Shown here: positions 19,675-30,064 of the stretch, one piece after another
How positions within the stretch are numbered: position 1 is the stretch's first letter
How the letters are laid out: every line of letters begins with the position of its first letter
DNA from: Candidatus Poribacteria bacterium
GTDB lineage: Bacteria; Poribacteria; WGA-4E; WGA-3G
Direction of reading: 5' to 3'
NCBI GenBank assembly: GCA_965198235.1
Contig: OZ240248.1
Coordinates: 2,400,001-2,464,000 of the forward strand
DNA: 64,000 nucleotides
Translations under genes and position numbers: made by a program
The notes under the pieces: model-generated
What the model was told of the DNA's origin: nothing
The model's database searches: none
What the model saw: the letters and a program-made list of their open reading frames with translations, nothing else

Positions 19675-20598
19675 GTGTTTCATAGAAACGTGTCACAAAA
19701 AAGAATTGCTGTCGGTACTGGGTTGGTTACACTTGGCAATGTCTGGAAAATGATAAAAATCATCTCAATTCCTTGCATAGTGTTCGCATTGCTCACTGGC
19801 TGCAGAACGCCTAACCCTAATACTAACGATGAAGCGAACATGGTTCTGATTCCCGCGGGCAAATTTAAGATGGGAAACAATGAAACTGTTGAATATGGTC
19901 CCTACGGTCCTCAGGAAGACGAATCCCCGGTGCATACCGTCTACGTAGACGCGTTCTATATGGACACATACGAAGTAACAAATGTGGACTATAAAAAATT
20001 CATTGATGCGAATCCGGAATGGCAAAAGGGAAATGTAGAATTCCAGAGTGGTGAACCATATCTGCCCGATTGGGAAGGGAACAACTATCCGCCCCGGAAA
20101 GACAATCATCCCGTTCGCGTGAATTGGTATGCAGCAATGGCTTATGCAAAATGGGTTGGTAAGAGACTGCCGACAGAAGCGGAATGGGAGAAGGCTGCGC
20201 GCGGTGGATTGAAAAATAAACGCTACCCGTGGGGTGATTCAATTACGACCAATCTGGCAAATTACGAGGTAAATCCCTCCACAGTATCTGTTGGATCTTA
20301 TCCTCCAAATGACTATGGTTTGTACGATATGGCGGGTAACGTGGAGGAGTGGTGTCTTGATGAATATCAAGTCGATTTTTATAAAGATTCACCTAAGCGG
20401 AATCCGATTGCCGGTGCGGATAGCATTACGGATATCGTAAAAAACTATAAAGATGTAAAAAGTCCTCGTGTATTGCGTGGTGGCGGATGGATCTTTGGAC
20501 CTGATCATGTGAGGGTTTCCAGGCGGACGAGACTGTCTCCGGGAGGCAGCAGCCACACCACCACGGGTTTTCGTTGTGTGGAGCCGGTAAAGCCATAA
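19675..20598 (+). CDS. Formylglycine-generating enzyme (FGE-sulfatase) domain lipoprotein
   Basis: LTGC lipobox, IPAGKFKMG, RLPTEAEWEKAARGG, YDMAGNV, GFRCV. Confidence 0.85.
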   Translation: MFHRNVSQKRIAVGTGLVTLGNVWKMIKIISIPCIVFALLTGCRTPNPNTNDEANMVLIPAGKFKMGNNETVEYGPYGPQEDESPVHTVYVDAFYMDTYEVTNVDYKKFIDANPEWQKGNVEFQSGEPYLPDWEGNNYPPRKDNHPVRVNWYAAMAYAKWVGKRLPTEAEWEKAARGGLKNKRYPWGDSITTNLANYEVNPSTVSVGSYPPNDYGLYDMAGNVEEWCLDEYQVDFYKDSPKRNPIAGADSITDIVKNYKDVKSPRVLRGGGWIFGPDHVRVSRRTRLSPGGSSHTTTGFRCVEPVKP

Positions 20599-20735
20599 TT
20601 CAGCACAATTTGGTCTTGGGTCCACTCCTAAAACTTGGAGCGAAGCATTCTGAGGTAGGGTAGAGGCAAATTTCACCTTTCAGTTTGGCACCTTCTGAAG
20701 ACGCTGACGCGGCTAATTTTCTCTTGCTATCAAAC

Positions 20736-20948
20736 TCAGAAAGTCTGCGTCAAGCGTACCATCGACAAACGTCCGATTTTTGGAGACCCGATAAATTGTT
20801 GGTGCCTACGGTTCAGAAGATTTTGGACCGTCAACGAAAGGCGCGGTCTGGGACCGATTGACAATTCGTAACCTGCGTTTAAGTCGATTGTGTAATACGA
20901 TTCAAGATCGCCGACGTAAACCCCGGATCTCACAGGGAAGCCAGCCAC
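20736..20948 (-). pseudogene. C-terminal remnant of a TonB-dependent receptor
   Basis: YYTIDLNAGY...LTVQNLLNRRH...GR...terminal F; only ~70 aa. Confidence 0.6.
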
Positions 20949-21005
20949 AAAAAATGCTTCTGCTTAACATTTGCAGAGGTTTCCCCGAATTCATTCGGGG
21001 GTCTA

Positions 21006-21956
21006 TCACAGGAAACGTTCAATATCGGAAGGGGTCGGTAGTGCCGGAATTACGCCGACCTTTTGAGTCGCCAACGCTCCTGCTGCATTCGCATATCGCA
21101 TAATAGTGTCGAGTCGGTCCTTTTCAAGCGATGTAAGGTCTGCATGCTGCATGAGTTGGGTAAGCATCGCAGCGACGAATGCATCCCCTGCACCGAGTGT
21201 GTCCACGACATCAACCTCAAAGCCATCAATGTAGCCTTCAGCGATACCGTTCGTGTAATAGCACCCGCGTTCGCCTAATGTGACAACGAGCAGTTTCGCA
21301 CCGAGTCCAAGAATGCGGTCGACTCCATTTGCCAATTCGATGTCGTCCGTGATAAATTCCCACTCCTCTTCCGAAATTTTGACGATATCTGCGTAAGGCA
21401 TCACCTCCCAGATCCAGTGCTTGGCATCGTTGGCGTTATCCCAGAGCATCAACCGCAAATTCGGGTCGTAGGAGAGCCTCGCACCACCCGTTTTTGCAGA
21501 CTGGATTGCGTGAAGTGTTGCTTCTCGACTCGGCGAGTGACTGAGACTGACGGAGCCGTAGTGGAACAGTTCTGCTGATTTGAGATAGTCAGTGTCGATT
21601 TCGTCAGGGGAGAGTTGGATGTCGGCACCCGGGTGTCGATAGAAGGTGATGTCCTTCATACCGTCAGAGCGCGTGGCGACGAAGGCTAAGGTCGTACGGG
21701 ACCCTTCACCTGCGATGAGGTAGTCGGTATTGACACTGTTCTGTTGGAGCGTCTCGCGAAGGAAATCGCCAAACGCATCTGCGCCGACTTTACCGATAAA
21801 CCCGGCATCCATACCGAGTTTCGCTAAGCCGACAGCAACGTTGGCAGGGGCACCCCCTGGGGCTTTGACAAATCCTGGGGCTTCGGCGAGTGTCACATCA
21901 GGTGTTGTAGAGACAAAGTCGATAAGGAGTTCACCGATACATAAAGCTTTTGGCAT
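21006..21956 (-). CDS. PfkB family kinase (fructokinase-like)
   Basis: PGGAPANVA, YDPNLR, DTLGAGDAF. Confidence 0.9.
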   Translation of the reverse strand: MPKALCIGELLIDFVSTTPDVTLAEAPGFVKAPGGAPANVAVGLAKLGMDAGFIGKVGADAFGDFLRETLQQNSVNTDYLIAGEGSRTTLAFVATRSDGMKDITFYRHPGADIQLSPDEIDTDYLKSAELFHYGSVSLSHSPSREATLHAIQSAKTGGARLSYDPNLRLMLWDNANDAKHWIWEVMPYADIVKISEEEWEFITDDIELANGVDRILGLGAKLLVVTLGERGCYYTNGIAEGYIDGFEVDVVDTLGAGDAFVAAMLTQLMQHADLTSLEKDRLDTIMRYANAAGALATQKVGVIPALPTPSDIERFL

Positions 21957-21979
21957 AGATTGTAATTCCTCGGCGAGTT

Positions 21980-22300
21980 TCAGCACTCAATGTAGACAAT
22001 TTGGTGAGATTGAATATTTCTTAGGACTTCGTGTAACTGAGGCATCAAAGGCAGTAGCAACTCTAATCGATTTCGAGGTGCGATAAGCACGACGACTGCA
22101 ATGTCAAAGCGTCTGAGGTTTTGTTGCGATTCAATGTTCTGATCGGCAGTCAGCCAAACTTCAAATTCATGTTCCGCTCTACTAAGCAATTCGCCGTTTT
22201 TCATGCCAGCCCAGCCTTTTTCTTGCACCGTGAGAGCGGTATGTTCAAAGAGTTCCCGCTTCAGTTTTTTGGGCAGGCATTCGTCAATGAGAATTCGCAT
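21980..22300 (-). CDS. DUF5615 PIN-like toxin
   Basis: MRILIDECLP, KNGELL, LTADQN. Confidence 0.8.
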   Translation of the reverse strand: MRILIDECLPKKLKRELFEHTALTVQEKGWAGMKNGELLSRAEHEFEVWLTADQNIESQQNLRRFDIAVVVLIAPRNRLELLLPLMPQLHEVLRNIQSHQIVYIEC

Positions 22301-22535
22301 AGGCGTGTGTTAGAAGCATCTCTTTCGCGAGTTCCAATGCCTTGACAGCTTGATCGCGACTGACAGACGGAAAATCCTCCAAAAATTCATCGAGTGTCTC
22401 TCCACCCTCCAAATAGTCAATGAGGTTTTTTATGGGGACGCGGGTGTTCTTGAAGACCGGTGTTCCGCTCATGACCTCGTTGTCACAAGTGATGAGTCCT
22501 TCAACTGCCTGCGTTGTCCTTTCATCAAATTTCAT
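22284..22535 (-). CDS. DUF433 antitoxin
   Basis: MSGTPVFKNTRVP...FLEDFPSV; overlaps the PIN gene. Confidence 0.85.
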   Translation of the reverse strand: MKFDERTTQAVEGLITCDNEVMSGTPVFKNTRVPIKNLIDYLEGGETLDEFLEDFPSVSRDQAVKALELAKEMLLTHAYANSH

Positions 22536-22659
22536 GGGCAATTCTCCGTTTTCATACAATCTCTGTATTTTAAGAATACCGTAAAGTTCTGTAGATGTCA
22601 AGTCTTAGGTACGCTCGGGAAGCGTGCCTAAAAAGAGAGCTAAAAACAGACAAGTAAAA

Positions 22660-23742
22660 TTAAAATGTAGTGCGTAGATCTTGCGCCTGTTCTGTCTGCG
22701 CAGATCGATATCCCGCATCAAAAATTTCTATGACATGCCGTGCATGTTCCGCTGTGACTATCGTCGGTTTATCCTCGCGAATCCAATCCACCAACTGCAT
22801 AATGTCCTCATAGACGTGCGATTCCTGAATGCTACGATGCGGTCCTACAACATGTGGGAGTTCCCCGTCCGGTGCGTCAATGGGTTTACCATTCAGCAAA
22901 TTGCCTTCAATCGTGCCACCGGTGCCGTGGATTGCCAGCCGACCTCTGACGACAGAACCTGCGGCGGCACCGTAGACAAAGCCGTAGAATGCCTCACCGA
23001 AGTCAAGGAGAATAAAGGTGTTATCGTCCATATCGCAAGGGAGCATCTCGCCTCGGAATTCCCGTTCCTTGAGGCGAACACCGGAGAATGCGGTTACACG
23101 TTTCGCAGGTCCGAGGATGCCGGTCAGCGTATGCAAGCCGTAAACAGTCATGTCGTAGAGCGGTCCGCCGCCCGGCTTGCGGAAATACCATGCCGGATTA
23201 ATATTAGAGAGCGGATCGTCACCCTGCCTAACAGATTCGTTTTCGTGGTATCTTCCAAAAGCGGAACCAGCGGCTGCCCAGGTCAACGTTCCGATGGCAC
23301 CGTCGGCAATAAGACTGCGAATCTCTTGATGGATCGGACGGAGCATCTCCCCAGGGGAAGCCACTAATTTTACACCTTTACGCGCCGCCGATTCAATGAG
23401 ATCGTCCGCTTCATCGACGGTAGTTGTCATTGTTTTGTTGAAGTGGGCGTGGAGACCGTGTTCAATGGCGAGTTTTCCCTGCTCATAATGCAAACCGATA
23501 GGCGATGCGATGCTGACTGCATCTACATGTCCGTCTGCTAAGAGTGCCTCGTAGGTTTCATACGCATACGGGACGTTGAATTTCTCAGATGCCGCTTGTG
23601 CTCTACCGGGAACAGGGTCACAAACAGCCGTTACCTGTAATCTATCTTGGACATCGTCCTGGGTGAGATGGGGAAGGATGCCGCGCACGGAGATGCTCCC
23701 GACACCGACGACACCGATCCTTACTCTATCATTGGTTGACAT
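22660..23742 (-). CDS. Gfo/Idh/MocA oxidoreductase
   Basis: IGVVGVG, HYEQ, GGGPLYD. Confidence 0.85.
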   Translation of the reverse strand: MSTNDRVRIGVVGVGSISVRGILPHLTQDDVQDRLQVTAVCDPVPGRAQAASEKFNVPYAYETYEALLADGHVDAVSIASPIGLHYEQGKLAIEHGLHAHFNKTMTTTVDEADDLIESAARKGVKLVASPGEMLRPIHQEIRSLIADGAIGTLTWAAAGSAFGRYHENESVRQGDDPLSNINPAWYFRKPGGGPLYDMTVYGLHTLTGILGPAKRVTAFSGVRLKEREFRGEMLPCDMDDNTFILLDFGEAFYGFVYGAAAGSVVRGRLAIHGTGGTIEGNLLNGKPIDAPDGELPHVVGPHRSIQESHVYEDIMQLVDWIREDKPTIVTAEHARHVIEIFDAGYRSAQTEQAQDLRTTF

Positions 23743-23829
23743 GATATTCCTCCAGAGGCAAAGAAGTTATATTATTGCTTTGTCCATCTAAATTTTGTGG
23801 CTTGCGGGTCGCTCCTACAAGAAGACGCA

Positions 23830-24717
23830 CTATTGCCGCCATGATGTTTCGTGTTGCCATCCAACAGCATTTTTAAGTTTATCGCAATTAATAAACGATT
23901 GATGTCCCTTAAGCGATCTCACCTTCAGAAGAAATTCAGGTTTAAAACGCTCCACCAGTTCTTGGGAAGGTTCCAACGCTGAAGTATCATCTGCGTTGAG
24001 AAAATAGACATCGTGTGGAGGCAGTATGTCTGCCCTTTCCATAATCAGGCGGTGTGCGCTGGCGACATCTTCGCTGCCCACCCAACACCAGAGCCACGGT
24101 GTCCAAGCGGTTGTCGGTTTAGCACCTTCTGCCATCTGCTTTCTCCGTTCTTCTGGACTGATACCGGCGGGACGTGTAACATAGGTTCGGATACCATACG
24201 CGCGGGTATAACTCGCCAAGAGGTCTTCGCCGCAGCGTTTAGAGAAGCTATAGGAATCTTCAGGATAACACGGGTGTTCTTCATCAATCGGTAGGTAGTC
24301 TATCGGAATGTGGGTTTTGCTAATTCGGAAGCCGTGTCCTAATGCGCAATTACTGCCAGACATCACGACTGCTTGGACATCTGCTTCAATCGCGGCTTGC
24401 ATGAGGTAGTAGGTACCGAGCATGTTCGTTTTGAAGGTTGCGTCAAAGTGGATGCCTCTTTCCTCAGCACCTTCCCGTAAATCCGGATGATCGACGGGAC
24501 CCGGTTGTGCGCCGAGGTGCTGGATAGCGTCAACACCCTCAACAGCGCGCTGACAGTCTTCAAAGTTGTTCAGGTCGCCCTGAATAAAAGGCAGGTGCGA
24601 GAATTCATCGGGCGGCGTTCTGCGCGACATTAGGACGAGCGAGTGTTCCGCCGCCAATTCTCGGATTACATACGCGCCGAGTTTACCGCTCGCGCCAGTT
24701 ATCAATACTTTCATCAA
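23830..24717 (-). CDS. NAD-dependent epimerase/dehydratase
   Basis: ITGASGKLG, YSFSK. Confidence 0.85.
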   Translation of the reverse strand: MMKVLITGASGKLGAYVIRELAAEHSLVLMSRRTPPDEFSHLPFIQGDLNNFEDCQRAVEGVDAIQHLGAQPGPVDHPDLREGAEERGIHFDATFKTNMLGTYYLMQAAIEADVQAVVMSGSNCALGHGFRISKTHIPIDYLPIDEEHPCYPEDSYSFSKRCGEDLLASYTRAYGIRTYVTRPAGISPEERRKQMAEGAKPTTAWTPWLWCWVGSEDVASAHRLIMERADILPPHDVYFLNADDTSALEPSQELVERFKPEFLLKVRSLKGHQSFINCDKLKNAVGWQHETSWRQ

Positions 24718-24860
24718 AAAACCCTTTCGTAAATTGAGTTGACAGGCGGGGGTGTATCCTCTATTATGTCTTAGAACTTATGTGGAAGCACAGTTGCCAA
24801 CATTATAGCAGTGCTGAAAATTTTGTCAAGTGAACCGCATCCATAAAGGAGAGAATCGTA

Positions 24861-25889
24861 ATGTATAACGCCGCAACGCATTTTAAAACCTTATACGATA
24901 CCGTTCCGAGAGAGTTTGAATTTCGGGCGACCACACGGGAAGATTTGTTGGCATGGCAAGCGAATTTTCGTCCGAAGTTGCGAGAGATCCTCGGTTTGGA
25001 CAACATGGAATCCGATCTGAAAGGGTACGTCCCGAAAGCAGAACAACTCGAAGTCTTAGATATGGATAATCATTTCCGAGAGAGTTGGTATTTATGGGTA
25101 GAGCCGACGGTGCCATTACCGTTTTACCTACTTCGTCCAAAAAACATTGAGGGCAAAGTGCCGCTGATCCTCGCACCGCACGGGCACAACCATCCGCATC
25201 TCTATGCTGGCATTGCACATACGGAGGCAGAGGAAGAACATATGCTGGAAGGTGAGCGCGACATCGCACGGCAGGCTGCTGTCGAGGAAGGCTACATCGC
25301 GATTGCACCGACAACACGAGCGTTCGGAGAGACCCGAACCGACGCAGATAAACAGGACAATAATACGCACTCCTGCCGACACCAATTGGTTCATAGTATA
25401 CTCGTTGGACGTACCCCAATTGGTGAACGGGTGTGGGATATGTCACGACTCATTGATTGGGCGATAGAGGACTTACCGATAGATGCCGAACGCATCGCGA
25501 TTACCGGTAATTCTGGTGGTGGAACCGTCTCACTTTTCGCCGCGGCATGTGAAACCCGCATTGCAGTTGCCGTGCCGAGTTGTTATTTCTGTACGTTTGA
25601 AGGGAGCATCGGCATGATCCGGCATTGCGAATGCAACTATGTGCCAGGAGTTATGCGGCTTGGGGAGATGTACGATGTCGCAGGCTTAATCGCACCACGT
25701 CCGTTTTGCGCGATTGCAGGACGAGATGACGGTATTTTTCCGATAGACCATGTTGAGCTGGCTTATGAACGCTTGAAAACTATCTACACGGTTGCCGGCG
25801 TTGCGGACAGGTGTGAACTCTTTATCGGGCAGGGTGGACACCGCTATTACAAAGCGGGCGCGTGGCCCTTTGTGCGGCGGTATTTTTAG
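24861..25889 (+). CDS. Alpha/beta hydrolase (dienelactone hydrolase/esterase-like)
   Basis: PHGH, GNSGGG nucleophile elbow, DGIF, GGHRY. Confidence 0.8.
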   Translation: MYNAATHFKTLYDTVPREFEFRATTREDLLAWQANFRPKLREILGLDNMESDLKGYVPKAEQLEVLDMDNHFRESWYLWVEPTVPLPFYLLRPKNIEGKVPLILAPHGHNHPHLYAGIAHTEAEEEHMLEGERDIARQAAVEEGYIAIAPTTRAFGETRTDADKQDNNTHSCRHQLVHSILVGRTPIGERVWDMSRLIDWAIEDLPIDAERIAITGNSGGGTVSLFAAACETRIAVAVPSCYFCTFEGSIGMIRHCECNYVPGVMRLGEMYDVAGLIAPRPFCAIAGRDDGIFPIDHVELAYERLKTIYTVAGVADRCELFIGQGGHRYYKAGAWPFVRRYF

Positions 25890-25891
25890 AA

Positions 25892-27388
25892 TTAGCGCGA
25901 ACCCTTTATAATTGCCCATAACGTCTTCAAGATGATTTTGATATCCAAGGCGAGAGACCAATTTTCGATGTAATATCGGTCATAAGAGATCCGCTCTTCA
26001 AGGGAGGTATTGCCCCGCAAGCCGTTGACTTGTGCCCATCCGGTCATACCAGATTTAACGCGCTGCCGAGCAAGATAGTGCGGAATCGATTCGCTGAACG
26101 TATCGATTAATCCAGACATCTCTGGACGGGGACCGATGAGGCTCATATCGCCCTTGAGAACGTTGAAGAATTGCGGCAGTTCGTCTAAACTCCAGCGTCT
26201 CAGGAATTTTCCAAGTGGGGTTTGCCGCGGGTCATCGCTTTTTGCCCATACATGTCCAACTTTTTCCTCAGCATCGGCGCGCATGGAACGGAATTTGTAA
26301 ATCTTGAACCGCTTTCCACCTCTACCGACCCGTTCCTGACGGAAAATCGCTCTGCCGGGTGAGGTCAAGCGTATAGCGATCGCGATTGTTAACATGAGCG
26401 GGCTTAGCACTATCAACGCGGATACGCTAAGGACAATGTCTATAAGACGCTTGACGATGCCGCGTCCGCCCTGCATCGGTGTCTCCCTTAATTGGAGTGC
26501 CGGTATACCATCAAAAAAGGTAATAGTGTCCCTGCTGTCTCTGATAAATTCGGAGAGTTCGGGCAGGACATTGATTTGGACTGGCACCCCTTCGCACGCG
26601 TGGAGAATCTGCAGGATAGTGTCATTCGGCACCGTCGGTGATACGATGAAAAGCGTATCAAGTCGATGTTTTCGCACCAATTCAAGTACATCTTGACTTT
26701 TCCCAAGGGACTGCAATTGGCGTTCGGCGTTCGGCGTTCGGCGTTCGGTTAAGAGGTTGTGGGAGGGGTTTGTAACCCCGATTTCCCTCTGGCTGACTGC
26801 TGATGGCTGACTGCTGATGGCTGTTTCATCGATTATCCCTACTACTTCGTAACCACTATCCGCTTTAGCATTCAGGACGTTGATGAATTGTTCGACGCGG
26901 GTGTCGTAGTTTCCGACGATTGCCAGTCGCTGGACGCCGACCCCTTGGGCGTGAATTGATTGTCGGAAACGATGAAGGACCAATCGACCCAAGAACAACC
27001 CTACGAGACTGAAACCGGTAGCTAAGAGCATAACCCAGCGCGAGTAGGCATCGTGATGATAGATGAAAAAGAGTGTGGCTAACGTGGCGATAAGCGAGAT
27101 ACCAGCGGCTTTGCAGAGTGTCCAGAACGCTGAAAACGTCGCATTGCTTTCTGGTCGATAGAGCTTCAAAACTTTCAACGTCATTAACCAGATAATCACC
27201 ATCAGCGGGATGAGCCGAAAATAGTCGTCAAGGGGCGGGGGACCCCCTTTGTGCAGGGCGAGGGCTTCAGGTGTCCAACCCGATTCAAATCGGACCCAGT
27301 ATGCTACGACAATTGCGGTGGCGACGAAACAGAGATCTAATAGAACTGTAATCGCGATGAGCAAATGATCGAGCGTTTTGTTGTTCAT
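25892..27388 (-). CDS. Undecaprenyl-phosphate glucose phosphotransferase (WcaJ family) with an in-frame repeat insertion
   Basis: KRLIDI, FRQERVG, KFRSM, SLDELPQF, GPRPE, GMTGWAQVNG. Confidence 0.9.
   Translation of the reverse strand: MNNKTLDHLLIAITVLLDLCFVATAIVVAYWVRFESGWTPEALALHKGGPPPLDDYFRLIPLMVIIWLMTLKVLKLYRPESNATFSAFWTLCKAAGISLIATLATLFFIYHHDAYSRWVMLLATGFSLVGLFLGRLVLHRFRQSIHAQGVGVQRLAIVGNYDTRVEQFINVLNAKADSGYEVVGIIDETAISSQPSAVSQREIGVTNPSHNLLTERRTPNAERQLQSLGKSQDVLELVRKHRLDTLFIVSPTVPNDTILQILHACEGVPVQINVLPELSEFIRDSRDTITFFDGIPALQLRETPMQGGRGIVKRLIDIVLSVSALIVLSPLMLTIAIAIRLTSPGRAIFRQERVGRGGKRFKIYKFRSMRADAEEKVGHVWAKSDDPRQTPLGKFLRRWSLDELPQFFNVLKGDMSLIGPRPEMSGLIDTFSESIPHYLARQRVKSGMTGWAQVNGLRGNTSLEERISYDRYYIENWSLALDIKIILKTLWAIIKGSR
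26719..26823. repeat. Heptamer-repeat + REP element inside the WcaJ-like CDS
   Basis: (GGCGTTC)x4, GTGGGAGGGGTTTGTAACCCCG palindrome, (GGCTGACTGCTGAT)x2; similar intergenic elements at ~36053-36160, ~10874-10893, ~2421-2460. Confidence 0.7.
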
Positions 27389-27429
27389 TACCTAATTTCG
27401 TAGAGTATCTTTGAGATATCCGTTTATTT

Positions 27430-28386
27430 TTATAATTCACTGTCGTTAGCGCCCTCAAAAAGAGTTCCTTGTCTGTCGTCTTTTTCGTCATTTGTAGGAC
27501 GATATTTCCCCATATTCTTGCCTTGCATCCTACGTTCCTGCGCGGTTGTCTCCACATTATGCAACGCGAGCTCCTCGTGGATTTTCGGCATTTCATTGGG
27601 AGCATTCTCCAATCTGTCACACGCCATTTTTATATATGCCTCGCTTCTGTCAATACCTATATATTTATGTCCTAAAAGTTTTGCTGCAACAACAGTCGTG
27701 CCACTGCCAACGTAAGGATCTAGCACAACGCCTTGTGTCTCTGTACCCAAGATGGATATAATCACACGGGCTGGCAACCAGAGTGGAAAGGGGGCAGGAT
27801 GCGGATTTTTTCTACCATCTTCAGGCACACCACGCCATATAGATGTCAACTTCGCATCACTGGATTTCAATTCTTTGCCGATTAAGTAATTCCCTATAGG
27901 TTTATACAACCAATAAACGCGCTCCTCTACTTGCCAAAATCGCCAGCCTCGTATATTTGCGGCAATGACTCTGTCCCAGATGATTTCCTGCTTCACTGTC
28001 CACTCTGTTTTACGCAACCAGTCGATAGGATGGTACATGTTGCCTCTATCCCATCGGAGTTTATGATTGTAGAAAAACGAACCCCCTGGCGCGGTTACGC
28101 GGTAAATCTCATTTAGCACATTGCCTTGGTGCTGCTGATACTCCGGTTCAGGCACAGCATCTTTGTAGACATCATAGACCACATTTTTTACGAGCCACCC
28201 TTTCTGTTTTTCTTGCTTGTTATAGGGGGGTGACGTAATGCCCACATTGACGACATCATCATCTATTTTCTTCAGAACATTGAGCGTATCGCCTTCAATG
28301 AGCTTGCCTTCGCCGAGTGTGTCCGTTGTAATTTGTTTACTTTCCAGTGAGTTGTCTTTAAGAAGATGTTGTTTAGTAATACTCAT
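27430..28386 (-). CDS. Orphan site-specific DNA methyltransferase (beta-class, N4C/N6A)
   Basis: TSPPYN, HPAPFP, VLDPYVGSGTT; no adjacent endonuclease. Confidence 0.85.
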   Translation of the reverse strand: MSITKQHLLKDNSLESKQITTDTLGEGKLIEGDTLNVLKKIDDDVVNVGITSPPYNKQEKQKGWLVKNVVYDVYKDAVPEPEYQQHQGNVLNEIYRVTAPGGSFFYNHKLRWDRGNMYHPIDWLRKTEWTVKQEIIWDRVIAANIRGWRFWQVEERVYWLYKPIGNYLIGKELKSSDAKLTSIWRGVPEDGRKNPHPAPFPLWLPARVIISILGTETQGVVLDPYVGSGTTVVAAKLLGHKYIGIDRSEAYIKMACDRLENAPNEMPKIHEELALHNVETTAQERRMQGKNMGKYRPTNDEKDDRQGTLFEGANDSEL

Positions 28387-28593
28387 TGTGGTATCTTCCC
28401 CAAATCGTTAGACAATCACTTTTTATGGTATCCTAACACATTTAGCATAAGTTTTTCAAGTAAAAAGATTTGCTGCACATTCCCAAGAAACTTTACTGAT
28501 AAATTGCGCACAATGTGCTATGCTATCATTATAGACTTCGTAGAGCAAGTTTTGAAAATCGAAAAATTATGCTGAAAACGGAGGAGATACAGA

Positions 28594-29685
28594 ATGGCGA
28601 ATCAACTGAAAGTGGGGATTGTAGGGGCACATCGCGGGAGTTCCTATGCCGCACCATTTAAAGCGATAGCGGAAACCGATATGACGGCGGTTTGTGATGT
28701 CAATGAAACGACACTCCAAAGCGTTGCAGAACGGTTTGATATTCCCCAACAGTTTACAGATTATCAAGCAATGCTGGATGCTGTCGATCTTGTCGTCCTC
28801 GCTACACCTGAAAACCTGCACGTGCCACAGGCAATCGAAGCATTAGAAGCGGGGAAACATGTTATCAGTGAGGTGACCGCTGCTGTCAAGTTGGAAGAGT
28901 GTTACGACTTAGTTCGGGCGGTTCGGAAGGCATCTGCCAAATACACGATGGCTGAAAATACGTGTTACTCCAAACCAAATGTGCTAATCCGCAGCATGGT
29001 AGAAGCGGGCATGTTCGGCGATGTCTATTTCGGAGAGGGGGAATACCTCCACAACATCAAGTCGCTCCATCATGATGAAAGTGGCAATCCGACGTGGCGT
29101 TACTACTGGCAGGTAGGCATTAATCGGTGCAACTATGCGACACATAGCCTCGGTCCGGTGCTCCAGTGGTTTGGTGGGCGCGTTGCGAGTGTCTGCTGTC
29201 TCGGTACTGGCGTTAATACCGATCCCGAGCATGCGATGGAAGATACAGTAATGATGTTGTGTAAAACAGATTCTGGTGGGTTAATCAAGATCCGAATTGA
29301 CATGCTCTCAAATCGCCCTGCGAATTCGTATTTCAGTTTGCAAGGCACAAAAGGGTGTTATGAGAGTTCACGTGGGCTCGGTGCTGCACCGAAGATTTGG
29401 TTGAGTGAGTTCGGAGTAAACGAACAGTGGAGACCGCTCTCCCAATTTGAAGACCTCCTGCCTGAACGGTGGAAAAACCCACCTGCTGAGGCAGAAAATG
29501 CTGGCGACCTCGGCGAGTATTTTAAAGTACGGGATTTTGTGGATAGCGTCCTCACTGATACACCGCCGCCGCTTGATGTCTATACGGCGATGGATTTCAC
29601 TGTGCCGGGCTTGGTTTCAGAGCAGTCAATCGCAAATGGTGGGACACCGATGGAAGTTCCAAATTTTCGGGAAATTGATTTTTAA
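28594..29685 (+). CDS. Gfo/Idh/MocA oxidoreductase
   Basis: VGIVGA, LHVPQA...GKHVISE, YATHSLGP. Confidence 0.85.
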   Translation: MANQLKVGIVGAHRGSSYAAPFKAIAETDMTAVCDVNETTLQSVAERFDIPQQFTDYQAMLDAVDLVVLATPENLHVPQAIEALEAGKHVISEVTAAVKLEECYDLVRAVRKASAKYTMAENTCYSKPNVLIRSMVEAGMFGDVYFGEGEYLHNIKSLHHDESGNPTWRYYWQVGINRCNYATHSLGPVLQWFGGRVASVCCLGTGVNTDPEHAMEDTVMMLCKTDSGGLIKIRIDMLSNRPANSYFSLQGTKGCYESSRGLGAAPKIWLSEFGVNEQWRPLSQFEDLLPERWKNPPAEAENAGDLGEYFKVRDFVDSVLTDTPPPLDVYTAMDFTVPGLVSEQSIANGGTPMEVPNFREIDF

Positions 29686-29877
29686 TTTTACCTTGCGGAG
29701 GAATCAGGTGAGTTTTGGACTTGACGCATCTTCCTTAAATCCGCCCTCCACTACGTTACGGGCTTACGTTTCTGGGTACTCGGAGGACAAAGGTTTCCTA
29801 CAGTTTCCGATCGGTTCCGCACGCGCCGATGTTGCGTGCTACAATTTTTGGTGGATTGGATCCAGAAACAGCGAGGT

Positions 29878-30051
29878 TTACTCTTCTTCTACAGGAGCAA
29901 AGACGAGCCCACAGCTACTACAGCGGTATCCACTTTCAGGCTTTAATTCAACCATAGGGAAGAGCATGCCACAACAGATAGGGCAAGGTTCATCAATTTC
30001 CATTTCGGCTTGTTCTATTTCACCTGAACGGTTTTCAAATTCGACGATCAT
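29878..30051 (-). CDS. Small zinc-ribbon protein
   Basis: CPICC...CSSC; RBS GAGGAG before ATG 30051. Confidence 0.55.
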   Translation of the reverse strand: MIVEFENRSGEIEQAEMEIDEPCPICCGMLFPMVELKPESGYRCSSCGLVFAPVEEE

Positions 30052-30064
30052 AAGGGTTCTCCTC

